A DNA stretch of 64,000 nt from an uncultured Gammaproteobacteria bacterium (GCA_964425075.1 CAYRKM010000001.1:601827-665826), one strand, 5' to 3'; counted from the first letter of the stretch, positions 1 through 10,190 are shown. The notes: generated by a model from the letters alone, not told the origin. Translations and numbers: made by a program.

Positions 1-921
1 ATTGTTGGAAAAAGAGGCATCTTTCTAAGAGCATCAATAATTATTACAATTATTTGTTTTGTTTGTATTTTATTGTTCAGGTTTAAACCCTCCATTGAAT
101 TTACTGGTGGTTCACGTCTCGAAGTATTGAGTGCACAAAAAATAGATATTGCAAAAGTTGAGCAAGTACTTGAAAAGAACAATATAAATGTAGTAACCAT
201 ACGTGAAAATAGTGATAAAGACATTACCATAAGAACCGATACAATCTCGGATAAAGAGAAAAATGACGCTGTTAAGAAACTCAATGATTCGGGTCTTAAG
301 GTACAAGAAAAGAGCTTTGAAACATTGGGACCCACGATTGGAGCAGAAACTCGCAACAATGCTTTAAAGGCAGTTGGAATTGCAATAATTGCAATTACTC
401 TTTATATAGCATTTGCATTTAGGCAAGTTTCTAAGCCTGTATCATCATGGAAGTTTGGAGTTTCCGCAATAATTGCATTAATTCACGATGTTTTAATTGT
501 CCTTGGAACATTTGCAATACTTGGTCATTTTGCTGGAGTTGAAGTGGACACTTTGTTTATTACCGCGGTTTTGACAATTATGGGTTTTTCAGTTCACGAT
601 ACCATAGTGGTATTCGATAGGATTCGCGAAAACCTTGTAAAAAACGTAAGACATTTATCCTTTGAAGAGGTGGTTAATAATTCATTTAATGAAACACTTG
701 CTCGCTCACTCAACACGTCAGTGACAGTGGTTTTGGTGCTGTTAGCTTTACTTTTGTTTGGAGGGGAGTCAACTAGATGGTTTATTGTAGCTTTTATGGT
801 TGGTATGATTGTGGGAACATATTCTTCGATTTTTATTGCCTCCTCAATTTTAGTTGAATGGTATAAATTAGACGAGCATGGAGGATTTAAAAAATTAAAA
901 TTTCTTAAAAAAAGAGGTTAA
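1..921 (+). CDS. secF: Protein-export membrane protein SecF (5' partial; frame open to window start, track ORF begins at TTG 73)
   Basis: KPSIEFTGGSRLEV motif and multiple C-terminal TM helices typical of SecF; in-frame upstream TM segment with no stop back to position 1. Confidence 0.75.
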   Translation: MVGKRGIFLRASIIITIICFVCILLFRFKPSIEFTGGSRLEVLSAQKIDIAKVEQVLEKNNINVVTIRENSDKDITIRTDTISDKEKNDAVKKLNDSGLKVQEKSFETLGPTIGAETRNNALKAVGIAIIAITLYIAFAFRQVSKPVSSWKFGVSAIIALIHDVLIVLGTFAILGHFAGVEVDTLFITAVLTIMGFSVHDTIVVFDRIRENLVKNVRHLSFEEVVNNSFNETLARSLNTSVTVVLVLLALLLFGGESTRWFIVAFMVGMIVGTYSSIFIASSILVEWYKLDEHGGFKKLKFLKKRG

Positions 922-1367
922 GCCAGCTTTTCTCTAACAAGTTTTGAAACTAATTGCCCGTCTGCTTTGCCTTTTGTTTTTGGCATCAAAGCTCCCATGA
1001 CCTTTCCCATGTCAGAAATTGTTGTTGCCCCAGTTTCAGAAATTGCTTCTTCTATCAATTTTGTTAATTCTGCCTCTGACATTTGTTCTGGTAGATATTC
1101 CTGAAGTATTACTAACTCCCTTTTTTCCTTATCAGCAAGTTCTTGTCTTTGGCCTTTCTCATAGAGCTCAATTGATTCTCGACGCTTTTTAATTTCTCTT
1201 CCAACTACTTCAATAACGTCCTCATCTGTTGCAGTATATCCTGCGCCACCTTTTTGTATTTCGTGATATTGAATCGCTGACTTTAACATTCTAATGACAG
1301 ATAATTTTTCTTCGTCTTTTGAACGCATTGCATCAGCTAAATTTTCTTGAATTTTATCTTTTAACAT
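918..1367 (-). CDS. GatB/YqeY domain protein
   Basis: MLKDKIQENLADAMRSKDEEKLSVIRMLKSAI...EYLP pattern matches YqeY/GatB C-terminal domain family. Confidence 0.8.
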   Translation of the reverse strand: MLKDKIQENLADAMRSKDEEKLSVIRMLKSAIQYHEIQKGGAGYTATDEDVIEVVGREIKKRRESIELYEKGQRQELADKEKRELVILQEYLPEQMSEAELTKLIEEAISETGATTISDMGKVMGALMPKTKGKADGQLVSKLVREKLA

Positions 1368-1382
1368 AACAACAATTATACC

Positions 1383-2870
1383 CTACTTATTTAATTCCTC
1401 CAAACGTGATAGCAAATACTCTCTTGTATTTCTTGAAAGATCTTCATCAACTTCTTCAAAGAGTTTTTGTAAAATCTCTCCAATTTTTTTTCCTGGTGGA
1501 AGTTTTAATTCTCTCATTATGTCATTTCCGTCAATTGCCAAGTCATTAATTGAAAAAGGTGGATTGAGTTCTTTCTCAATCTTTTCTTTAAATTGTTTGA
1601 GTCGCCAGCTCTCAGCAGTTTTGGTTCCGCTACCAAGTCTATCGCCAATTCGAAGGTCTATCATATCAGTTACATTCTCAAGCTCTACGCGTCTTATAAA
1701 GCGTCTTACTGCACTATCTGTAATATGCTCATCAACCGTGAACATGTGCCATCTTATGAGAGTGTATAATTTTTCTTTCTGTTTTTTAGAAAGTCTTAGA
1801 CGGTCTGCAATAATTTGCGAAAGCTTTGCTCCTTCAACTTCATGGTTATAGAAGATTACATACCCCTCGTTATCAGTAGAGGCAATATACGGTTTACCAA
1901 CATCATGAATTAGGGCAGCAAATTTAACTAATGGGTCCTCTGAGGGACAATATTTTAAAGACAGTAGATTATGAGTAAACACATCGCTTGTGTGATGCCT
2001 GCCAGGACGCACCTGAGAAACTCCTTTTCCTTTCGAGAGCTCCGGAAGGATTATATCAAGAAGTCCAACTTCATCAAGCAAAAGCATTCCATCATATGCA
2101 TTTGGAAGGCTTAGAATTCTAAATAGTTCGTCGCGTATTCTCTCGTTTGATACGTGGGAAATGAGCGACGCATCATTTTTGATTGCAGATAATGTTTTCT
2201 CTTCAATCGTAAAGCCAAGTTGGGTTGTAAAGCGAATTGCTCTTAAGAGCCTAAGAGCATCTTCCTTAAAACGTTCATCGGGATTGCCAACTGCCCGAAG
2301 TATTTTATTTTGAAGGTCTTTTTGTCCATTTACCAAATCAACGACTTCAGCGTTGTTATCTTTATCCAGTTTTATTGCAAGAGCATTTACGGTGAAGTCT
2401 CGTCTTTTGACATCCTCCTCAAGGGTAGTTCCCCATTCAACTTTTCCAGGGTGTCTAAAGTCAGTGTATCCATTCTCTGTTCTAAAAGTTGTAATTTCTG
2501 CATATTCTTTTCCGGATTCATTTGGAGTGTTGTACTTAACCCCCACAGTACCAAATGAATTATCATCACTCGCTAATTCATTTGTAGTGTTGTACTTAAC
2601 TCCCACAGTACCAAATGAATTATCATCACTCGCTAATTCATTCGGAGTATTGTACTTAACTCCCACAGTACCAAATGAATTATCGTAGAAAGAGTCAGGG
2701 AAAACTTGTTGAATTTGCTCAGGAGTGGCGTTAGTTGTCATGTCCCAATCAGTAACTTCATGAGAGAGCAAGAGGTTTCGTACGCACCCACCCACAAGAT
2801 ACACTTCATATCCTGAGTCAGTTAATTTTCTATAAATTCTTACTACCTTTTCAGGTATATTTTTTTGCAT
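1383..2870 (-). CDS. cca: CCA tRNA nucleotidyltransferase / polyA polymerase family with HD domain
   Basis: N-terminal LVGGCVRNLLL head motif, RRDFTVNA, C-terminal HD (HDVGKP); contains 3x in-frame 20-aa repeat insertion. Confidence 0.8.
   Translation of the reverse strand: MQKNIPEKVVRIYRKLTDSGYEVYLVGGCVRNLLLSHEVTDWDMTTNATPEQIQQVFPDSFYDNSFGTVGVKYNTPNELASDDNSFGTVGVKYNTTNELASDDNSFGTVGVKYNTPNESGKEYAEITTFRTENGYTDFRHPGKVEWGTTLEEDVKRRDFTVNALAIKLDKDNNAEVVDLVNGQKDLQNKILRAVGNPDERFKEDALRLLRAIRFTTQLGFTIEEKTLSAIKNDASLISHVSNERIRDELFRILSLPNAYDGMLLLDEVGLLDIILPELSKGKGVSQVRPGRHHTSDVFTHNLLSLKYCPSEDPLVKFAALIHDVGKPYIASTDNEGYVIFYNHEVEGAKLSQIIADRLRLSKKQKEKLYTLIRWHMFTVDEHITDSAVRRFIRRVELENVTDMIDLRIGDRLGSGTKTAESWRLKQFKEKIEKELNPPFSINDLAIDGNDIMRELKLPPGKKIGEILQKLFEEVDEDLSRNTREYLLSRLEELNK
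2514..2686. repeat. 60-bp tandem direct repeat (~2.9 copies) inside cca coding region, in frame
   Basis: Units at 2521-2580, 2581-2640 and partial 2641-2685 nearly identical; encodes DNSFGTVGVKYNTPNELASD x3. Confidence 0.9.
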
Positions 2871-4550
2871 GTGATATTATTAGTTAATCAAAAAAAGTAT
2901 ATCATGAAACGCTGGAATATATTACAAAACAAACCACTTTCAACAAGTAAGGAAATAGTAGATATCCTTCTTAAAAATCGTAATATTGGTAAAAATGAGA
3001 AAGCAGAATTTTTACATCCCAATACCCAAACCATTATTCTAGAAAATGTTGGTCTCGAAAGAAAGGAATATAAAAAGTTTGAAAAAAGAATTAAATCTGC
3101 CATCAAGGATAATGAAAAAATTATTGTGTATGGTGACTATGATGTTGATGGAATAACTGGAAGCGCAATATTGTTTGAAACACTTTATTCATCTACCAAA
3201 CAAGTTACTGCATATATTCCAGGTAGAGTCGAGGAAGGATATGGTCTGTCTATGAAAGGAATTGACAATGTTTTAGAAAAATATCCTGACGCAAAATTAA
3301 TAATAACCGTTGATAATGGAATTGTTGCAAACAGTGCAGTTGATTATGCGAATAAAAAAGGAATTGACGTTATTATAACTGACCACCATGCAAAAGGAGA
3401 AAAATTACCCGAAGCATTTTGTATTCTTCATACGACTCAACTTTGTGGTGCAGGGGTTGCTTGGGTGATAGCAAAAGAAATGAAATTCGAATCAGATGAA
3501 AAGATCCATCAAAAACTGGAACTTGCAGCACTTGCAACAGTGGCAGATCTCGTACCTTTAATTGGGGCAAATAGAGCAATAGTGAAAGAGGGATTGGAGG
3601 TTCTTAAAAAAACTAAGCGTTTGGGTCTTAAAGAATTATTTAAACACGCAAGAATTGATTTAAATTCAATTTCCGTATACACAATTGGACATCAAATTGC
3701 ACCCCGGCTTAATGCCTCAGGAAGACTTACGCATGCACTCAACGCACTAAGACTTTTGTGTACAAAAGATCCTGAAAAAGCCACAAAGTATGCAAAGATG
3801 CTAGATGATACCAATCGTGACAGGCAGTTTCTCACTGAAGAAGCAGTGCAGCATGCAAAATTACTTGCGCTGGAGCATAAGTTGAACACTAAAATTATGC
3901 TTGTTTCACATAATTCATACAACCAAGGAATAATTGGTCTTGTTGCGTCGAACTTGGTTGAAAGTTATTACAGACCATCTTTTGCAATATCAATTGGGGA
4001 GGATGGGATATCAAAAGGTTCAGCGAGGTCAATTAGTGGTGTAAATATAGTTGAAATGTTACGAATGGTTTCTCATATTTTGGATGAAGTTGGAGGGCAT
4101 CCGATGGCAGCAGGATTTAGCTTAAAGACTGAGAAAATTGAGGAATTGCATATAGCTTTAGCAAAAATTGCAGAAAGATTAGTTACTGATGAGGTTGTTG
4201 AAAGAGTTTTAAGAATTGATGCTTTACTCAAGTTTGAATTGTTAGATAAAAGTTTGTTCAAAAATTTGCAAAGCCTTGCTCCTTTTGGAATGGGAAATCC
4301 TGAGCCAGTTTTTGCGACAGAAAAAGTAACGGTGGAGGAATGTAGAAAAATCGGTAGAGAAGGAAATCATCTCAAGTTGATTGTTTCAAAAGACGGGAAC
4401 AAATTTGATGCTGTGGGTTTTGGACTGGCAGATAAATTCGAAATTTCGAGTGGTGACACCATAGATGTCGCATACACAATTGACGTAAACGAATGGAATG
4501 GAAAGACTACTCTCCAGTTGAAAGTAAGGGACTTGAAAATTAAAGAATAG
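2865..4550 (+). CDS. recJ: Single-stranded-DNA-specific exonuclease RecJ (start may be Met14 near 2904)
   Basis: DHH family motifs (YGDYDVDGITG, ITDHH), DHHA1-like C-terminal region GGHPMAAG. Confidence 0.85.
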   Translation: MHVILLVNQKKYIMKRWNILQNKPLSTSKEIVDILLKNRNIGKNEKAEFLHPNTQTIILENVGLERKEYKKFEKRIKSAIKDNEKIIVYGDYDVDGITGSAILFETLYSSTKQVTAYIPGRVEEGYGLSMKGIDNVLEKYPDAKLIITVDNGIVANSAVDYANKKGIDVIITDHHAKGEKLPEAFCILHTTQLCGAGVAWVIAKEMKFESDEKIHQKLELAALATVADLVPLIGANRAIVKEGLEVLKKTKRLGLKELFKHARIDLNSISVYTIGHQIAPRLNASGRLTHALNALRLLCTKDPEKATKYAKMLDDTNRDRQFLTEEAVQHAKLLALEHKLNTKIMLVSHNSYNQGIIGLVASNLVESYYRPSFAISIGEDGISKGSARSISGVNIVEMLRMVSHILDEVGGHPMAAGFSLKTEKIEELHIALAKIAERLVTDEVVERVLRIDALLKFELLDKSLFKNLQSLAPFGMGNPEPVFATEKVTVEECRKIGREGNHLKLIVSKDGNKFDAVGFGLADKFEISSGDTIDVAYTIDVNEWNGKTTLQLKVRDLKIKE

Positions 4551-5070
4551 TCAACGGAATATTGAGTTGCATACATAATTCTATCTGTGCAGTTTCAGTA
4601 GGCAGTAAATTAACAGATCCATCAGATAGAGTTTCAACAGTATTATTTTCGCAGCCTTGAATTACCCTTCCTCCATGTCTTGTGCTGTATTCTAGTAGGG
4701 GAATAAGTGTTTCATTTTCAGGGTAGTCCTCAGTGACATCAACCACTGCCTCTGTTAACTCATCATCAAGGGCGCCATCATCAATGGTTCCGTCAGGACG
4801 GTAGGTAGTATCTCTGTGAACATCAAGATGCGGCAATTTAGGTCTAATTGCGTCAATTCCTATACCACCACTTGGTTTCCCGCCAGACTGAATTCTTGTT
4901 CTTGCTAAATGAGTCTCAATAACAAATGATGTTGCACCAGAGTCATGTAATATTTCGTTAATTGTCATATTTTTAACCCTTTCTATATCTGCCTGGACCG
5001 CCAGGAATTCCATGTTTTGAAACATGATTGCTCCAAGGTTTTCCTTGTGATTTGCCTCCAACAGGTTCAA
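4540..5070 (-). CDS. Hypothetical protein
   Basis: ORF only; overlaps next ORF in a different frame. Confidence 0.3.
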   Translation of the reverse strand: MNLLEANHKENLGAIMFQNMEFLAVQADIERVKNMTINEILHDSGATSFVIETHLARTRIQSGGKPSGGIGIDAIRPKLPHLDVHRDTTYRPDGTIDDGALDDELTEAVVDVTEDYPENETLIPLLEYSTRHGGRVIQGCENNTVETLSDGSVNLLPTETAQIELCMQLNIPLTIL

Positions 5071-5338
5071 GTATTGGTTCTGAAGTTATAGTAGGTTTAA
5101 TTGGGGGTTCAAATTTTGGCTTTGACTGAGCTGCCTTTTTTAGATCCTCCTCTGTTGCAGGTTTGATTTCAAAACCCCCATCTCGAGCGATGACAGCCAC
5201 TGGCTTTTTGCTTCTCTGCGCCATAAGTGATGCTACATCATGCAACTCCCTATCTCTTGTGTCATCCTGAGGCACATCAGTTCTAACTGCCTCATTTGGT
5301 TTGACTATTTCTTTTACTTCAATACCTTCTTCATTCAT
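4973..5338 (-). CDS. Hypothetical Pro/Lys-rich protein (possibly N-terminal part of a frameshifted gene continuing in 4540..5070)
   Basis: ORF only; 98-bp out-of-frame overlap with downstream ORF suggests frameshift or miscalled start. Confidence 0.25.
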   Translation of the reverse strand: MNEEGIEVKEIVKPNEAVRTDVPQDDTRDRELHDVASLMAQRSKKPVAVIARDGGFEIKPATEEDLKKAAQSKPKFEPPIKPTITSEPILEPVGGKSQGKPWSNHVSKHGIPGGPGRYRKG

Positions 5339-5350
5339 ATTTTTTGCCCA

Positions 5351-5386
5351 AAAAAAACTCCCTTTTTTAGGGAGTCGTGTTTTTCT
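5351..5386. terminator. Intrinsic-terminator-like hairpin flanked by A-tract and T-tract (bidirectional)
   Basis: aaaaaaaACTCCCttttttaGGGAGTcgtgttttt; 6-bp GC-rich stem with oligo-A upstream and oligo-T downstream. Confidence 0.45.
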
Positions 5387-5557
5387 AAAACTTTTTCACA
5401 CGTCTCCCCTAGCCTCTAAAGGCTTGGAGGGAGATAATAATATTCACGTGAGCGAAAAGTTTCATAACAATAAGAATTATATGTTCATGAAAACATTGTT
5501 GTCAAGTAGACTTTTTGAGGTGAAATTACCTTATTTCTATGATATGATAGCAAAAGA

Positions 5558-6913
5558 ATGGAAAAGAGAATATTAACAAAAGATTGTCTTGATAAGGTTG
5601 GCGAAACAGTCATGCTAGCCGGATGGATAGAAAGAGTGCGTTCACACGGAAAGATTGCTTTTTTTGACCTCCGAGACCGAAAAGGTACTCTTCAAGTTGT
5701 AGCTTTAACCCCTGAGACAATTACATCTGTAGAAAATGTTTCACCTCAAACCGTTGTTTCAATAACTGGGAAAGTAAAGGAGAGGGGAGAAAAGTTTGTT
5801 AACAACAATATAGAGCTTGGTGGAATCGAAGTAGAGCTTTTGGAGCCTTTAGAAATTCTTTCGGTTGCGGAAGAGATGCCATTTGATATGGGAGGAGTTG
5901 AGTTAAATTTACAACTGCCAACACTGCTTGATTATCGAGCACTAACATTGAGAAATGATAAAATTGCCAACATTTTTAGAGTGCAAGCAGCTGTTCTTAA
6001 AGGATTTAGAAAAGCTTCAAAAAAATTAGGAGCGGTAGAAATTGTTGTTCCTACAATTTCGGCTTCAGCAACTGAAGGAGGAGCTGAGGTTTTTTCCGTT
6101 GATTATTATGGATACAAAGCATATCTAACCCAAAGTCCTCAGCTTTACAAACAAATGATGGTGCCAGTTTTTGAAAGAGTGTTTACGATATCTCATGCAT
6201 ATAGGGCAGAGCCTTCGGTTACAACCCGTCATCTTTCAGAAAATACTCAAATGGATATGGAAATTGGATTCGTGGATTTTAATGAACTATTAAACATATT
6301 AGAACAAAACATAACCTCAACCCTAAAATATGCAGAGGAAAAATGCGAGAAGATTTTAAAAGAATATAACATTGAACCTATGGCTTTTGGAAGCATACCA
6401 CGATTAACTCTTGCTGAGGCACAAGAAATTATTTTTAAGGAATTTGGAAGGGACAGCCGTGGTGAGAAGGATTTAGCTCCACAGGATGAGATAGATATTT
6501 CAAAATGGGCATTGGACAAGCACAATTCCGATCTTGTTACAATTACTCATTTCCCAACTAAAAAAAGAGCATTTTATACAATGCCCGATCCAGAAAACCC
6601 TGAATTAAGTTTGTCATTCGATGTTTTATTCCGTGGAGTTGAGATATCGAGTGGAAGTCAGCGAATTCATGAATACGCTGACTTAGTAGCTGCAATTAAA
6701 GACAGAGGAATGGATCCGAACAACTTCAAATTGTATCTTCAAGCTTTTCAGTATGGCATGCCACCAGAGGGTGGATTTTCATTTGGTCTTGAAAGAATTA
6801 CAATGCATATATTGGGACTTTCTAATGTGAGGGAAGCCTCACTTTTCCCAAGAGATATGGAGCGCGTTGATGAAAGACTCTCAGTTATCCAGCCAAAAGA
6901 AGATAAAAAATAG
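5558..6913 (+). CDS. aspS: Aspartate--tRNA ligase, archaeal/eukaryal type (likely non-discriminating)
   Basis: N-terminal OB fold; class II motifs; LTQSPQLYKQ and FPRD signatures typical of archaeal-type AspRS rather than AsnRS. Confidence 0.8.
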   Translation: MEKRILTKDCLDKVGETVMLAGWIERVRSHGKIAFFDLRDRKGTLQVVALTPETITSVENVSPQTVVSITGKVKERGEKFVNNNIELGGIEVELLEPLEILSVAEEMPFDMGGVELNLQLPTLLDYRALTLRNDKIANIFRVQAAVLKGFRKASKKLGAVEIVVPTISASATEGGAEVFSVDYYGYKAYLTQSPQLYKQMMVPVFERVFTISHAYRAEPSVTTRHLSENTQMDMEIGFVDFNELLNILEQNITSTLKYAEEKCEKILKEYNIEPMAFGSIPRLTLAEAQEIIFKEFGRDSRGEKDLAPQDEIDISKWALDKHNSDLVTITHFPTKKRAFYTMPDPENPELSLSFDVLFRGVEISSGSQRIHEYADLVAAIKDRGMDPNNFKLYLQAFQYGMPPEGGFSFGLERITMHILGLSNVREASLFPRDMERVDERLSVIQPKEDKK

Positions 6914-7841
6914 TATTCCTAAAATTTCCCATTGGTACTCCAAAATACACCTGTACCATTTATTGGCTGTTGTATTTATTCTTAATTGCGTTGCCCTTTT
7001 ATTAATAGTTCTTTATTTTAGACAACTCCAGAATTTTGTACTCCCTCAGGACACGCCCAATTTTGTGAGTGTTCGCTCTATTCCCAACCTTTCAACAAAT
7101 ATCGATTCAATAAATGCTTCCGCTGCAGCATATGTTGTTTATGATACGGATTCCCGAAGTGTGGTTGCAGGTAAAAACCAAAACCTACGATTCACTCCAG
7201 CCTCAACTGCAAAGATTATGACTGCAATTCTGTCTTTAGAATATTATCCTCTTGAGCAATTACTTTCTGTTCCAAATGTTTCAGGTGTACAAGGTTCAAA
7301 AATGAATCTTATATCTGGTGAAAAACTTAGAGTAATTGATTTATTATATGGGTTAATGCTGCCTTCAGGAAATGATGCGGCATATACTCTCTCGTATAAT
7401 TATCCTGGTGGAAGAGGGGCCTTTATTGAAAAAATGAATAGTAAGGCAGATGAATTAGGTCTTACAAACACTCATTTTGTAGACCCTGCGGGGTATGAGG
7501 ACACGAATTACACAACAGCTGTTGAATTATCTCGTCTTGCATCATATGCAATGGAGAACCCAGCATTTACAAACATAGTAAAAACAAGGAGCATTACTGT
7601 TTATGATTCCACATTTCAACATGAATATTATTTGCAAAATCTTAATGAACTACTTTCATACCCTCACGTTTTGGGGGTTAAGACCGGATTTACCAATGAA
7701 GCAGGTGGGGTTCTTGTAACAGCCGTAAGACACGAAGGTAAAATATTGATTGTAGTTGTTTTAAAGAGTGAAAATAGATTTTTTGATACAGAGGATTTAA
7801 TGAAATTTATTGATCAGAAGGTTATCTATTCTTTACCCTAA
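6867..7841 (+). CDS. D-alanyl-D-alanine carboxypeptidase (serine-type, PBP5-like)
   Basis: N-terminal TM; STAK (SxxK), SGND (SxN) and KTGFT (KTG) motifs. Confidence 0.75.
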   Translation: MMKDSQLSSQKKIKNSIPKISHWYSKIHLYHLLAVVFILNCVALLLIVLYFRQLQNFVLPQDTPNFVSVRSIPNLSTNIDSINASAAAYVVYDTDSRSVVAGKNQNLRFTPASTAKIMTAILSLEYYPLEQLLSVPNVSGVQGSKMNLISGEKLRVIDLLYGLMLPSGNDAAYTLSYNYPGGRGAFIEKMNSKADELGLTNTHFVDPAGYEDTNYTTAVELSRLASYAMENPAFTNIVKTRSITVYDSTFQHEYYLQNLNELLSYPHVLGVKTGFTNEAGGVLVTAVRHEGKILIVVVLKSENRFFDTEDLMKFIDQKVIYSLP

Positions 7842-8878
7842 TTTTCCTCTAAATTTAAGGACGAATTCGGAATAGCCTGGACATATCCAGAAAAGTTAAT
7901 ACCCGTAAATAGATAAACAGGGAGTAAATAACCCTTCATATCTTTTCCCATATAATATCGAAGCGCTACGTTGGTGATGTCAACTGAGGATAATGCTTGA
8001 GGATTAAGCATGTAAGCATCTCCCTTTTTTAAATCCTCTAAAGCTTGCGCGACAGTCTTTATGGGATAGTCAGATTTTTCATCAGACGCTCTGTAGTGGA
8101 AAAATTGTCCTTCGACTAACTGAATATTTGTTGAGCCAGGATAAGAGACAACAAAATTTAAAAGTGAGGAAGTTGGTGTTTCATACACTAAAGGTATTTT
8201 TTCAATATCGTTTTGGACTAATTGAACTCTTGCAAATCTGGCATTTCCCAAATTTTCAGCTTCAACCAATTTACCACCGTTATTTTGAAGATATGTAACT
8301 GTAGATTTTTCAATATTTATATCTGTGGTGTCGACTTCCATTATTTGAAGAAAAGACAATATATCTTTTTTTACGTCTTCCTCAGAAGGCATAATTGAGG
8401 TCGATGTTAGATTTGGGTTGGTAAGATAGTCTGATGAGATTGTGAAATTTTTGGTGACTATGTCGTATTGAATAATTACTCCAGTACTTGTTTGGGTCCA
8501 CTGATATAAAGTGTCGGAAAGCTTTCTTTGATTTTCAACAAAACCTGCAGACTCAAGTATTTCTTTTGAATTGGCTAGATCAAGTAGGCTTGCTTGAGGC
8601 ATTATTAGTTTATAAACATTTGCTCTGTCTGGAAAAGCTGGAAGAGTTCCGTCAATGGTATTAATCTGAAACTCAATTCCAGGTGTACCAGCTGAGGGGA
8701 ATGAAGTTGAGGGTAATTTCCCATATGCTTGCATTGGTGGTGCGGGTGGGCTTGTGAGTTTCTTTATAAAAAGATATCCCTGAACAAAAAAATAAATCAA
8801 AAACCCCAAACCTAAAAGTGCTCCTCCTATTTTAAGAACTAAGCGAGTTTCGCGTGTAACGTTTGCTAAATTTGCCAT
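7838..8878 (-). CDS. Hypothetical membrane-anchored secreted protein
   Basis: N-terminal TM helix; no recognisable catalytic motifs. Confidence 0.4.
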   Translation of the reverse strand: MANLANVTRETRLVLKIGGALLGLGFLIYFFVQGYLFIKKLTSPPAPPMQAYGKLPSTSFPSAGTPGIEFQINTIDGTLPAFPDRANVYKLIMPQASLLDLANSKEILESAGFVENQRKLSDTLYQWTQTSTGVIIQYDIVTKNFTISSDYLTNPNLTSTSIMPSEEDVKKDILSFLQIMEVDTTDINIEKSTVTYLQNNGGKLVEAENLGNARFARVQLVQNDIEKIPLVYETPTSSLLNFVVSYPGSTNIQLVEGQFFHYRASDEKSDYPIKTVAQALEDLKKGDAYMLNPQALSSVDITNVALRYYMGKDMKGYLLPVYLFTGINFSGYVQAIPNSSLNLEEN

Positions 8879-8922
8879 ACTAATATTGAGTATAGGAATA
8901 TTGTACGGTACAATGCAAGAGT

Positions 8923-10164
8923 ATGAACCCTGAAAAACTTAATATCGCGGGTAACGTTAGGGTAAGATTTGCACCCAGCCCGACAGGAATTCCTCACGTG
9001 GGCAACATTAGAACTGCCCTTTTTGACTTTTTTTTGGCAAAAAACAAAAAAGGGACATTTATATTAAGAATTGAGGATACCGATCAAGCAAGGAAAATTG
9101 AAGGTGCAATTGAGGCTATTAAAGAAAGTCTTTCCTGGCTTGGAGCACAATGGGACGAATTTATAGTACAGTCTGAAAGGCTTGATGAATACAAAAAATA
9201 CGCACAGGAATTAGTGGAGAGTGGACTGGCAAGAGAAGAAGAGGGTGCAGTGCGTTTTATTATCCCAAAAGACTCAAAAGAGATTAAATGGACGGATTTG
9301 ATTGGTAATAAAGAAGTTTCATTTAATCTTGACGACGTTGAAGATTTTATAATTTTAAAAGCAGATGGATTCCCAACATACCATTTGGCAAATGTAGTCG
9401 ATGATCATTTAATGGGAATAACCCACGTCATAAGAGGCGAGGATTGGATTCCTTCTACTCCAAAACATCTATTGTTATATAGAGCATTTGGATGGAATGC
9501 TCCAGAATTCGCGCACGTACCAAATGTTTTAGGAACTGATGGCAAGAAGCTTTCAAAGAGAAAAGGCGCTAAGAGCGTTCTGGATTTCAAAAAAGAGGGA
9601 TATTTACCAGAAGCACTCCTGAATTACCTAATGCTCTTGGGGTGGTCACCAAAAAATGATCAGGAAATCTTGTCAAAGGACGAAATTATAAAAGAATTTT
9701 CACTTGAGAAGGTAAATAGTGCGCCATCAATATTTGATGAAAGAAAATTGCAATGGATGAATGGAGAATATATAAGAAAAACTCAAAATTCAGAACTCAA
9801 ATCTCAACTTCTAGAATTCGACCCGTTACTAAAAGAATTTGACGAGGATTTACTTGAGGCTCTTATAGAGCCAGCAAAAACTAGAATGAAGTTACTGTCT
9901 GAGTTTGTGAATTTAGTTTCACCATTTCTTACAACATCAAGAACACCATCTTCAAAATTAAAATCTGAGCTTGAAAGTAAATTTAATCAAATTAAAGTTT
10001 GGAATAAAGATGAAATTTTGATTGCTCTTAAAGACTTTATTGGCGAAAACAACTTAAGCTTTCAAGACATTTACACAATGATAATTGGGCAAAAACAAGG
10101 ACTCCCACTTGCTGATGTTTTTGAAATCCTTGGAAAAGAAAAAACCCTCTCCCTCTTGAAGTAA
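8923..10164 (+). CDS. gltX: Glutamate--tRNA ligase (short form)
   Basis: HIGH-type motif PSPTGIPHVGN and KLSKR (KMSKS) motif; 413 aa with truncated anticodon-binding region. Confidence 0.9.
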   Translation: MNPEKLNIAGNVRVRFAPSPTGIPHVGNIRTALFDFFLAKNKKGTFILRIEDTDQARKIEGAIEAIKESLSWLGAQWDEFIVQSERLDEYKKYAQELVESGLAREEEGAVRFIIPKDSKEIKWTDLIGNKEVSFNLDDVEDFIILKADGFPTYHLANVVDDHLMGITHVIRGEDWIPSTPKHLLLYRAFGWNAPEFAHVPNVLGTDGKKLSKRKGAKSVLDFKKEGYLPEALLNYLMLLGWSPKNDQEILSKDEIIKEFSLEKVNSAPSIFDERKLQWMNGEYIRKTQNSELKSQLLEFDPLLKEFDEDLLEALIEPAKTRMKLLSEFVNLVSPFLTTSRTPSSKLKSELESKFNQIKVWNKDEILIALKDFIGENNLSFQDIYTMIIGQKQGLPLADVFEILGKEKTLSLLK

Positions 10165-10190
10165 AACTTCACTTTCTATATCCTTAAAGC

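Noticed and set aside
2514-2686. CRISPR-like regular repeats
   Set aside because: The 60-bp units are directly tandem with no spacers and sit in frame inside the cca CDS. No other repeat-spacer arrays were seen anywhere in the window.
112-4576. Many short antisense or overlapping ORFs in the six-frame track (e.g. 112..306, 1519..1851, 2310..2688, 2888..3106, 3373..3922, 4073..4576)
   Set aside because: All lie inside strongly supported longer CDSs on the opposite strand or frame and have low-complexity translations. The same holds for similar short ORFs throughout the window (e.g. 24023..25453, 27612..28622, 43202..44441, 45753..47118, 59965..61252).
5440-5557. Sigma70 promoter for aspS (TTGTCA/TTACCT with TATGAT-like hexamers)
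   Set aside because: Several AT-rich hexamer combinations fit equally poorly in spacing; cannot choose one from sequence alone in such AT-rich DNA.
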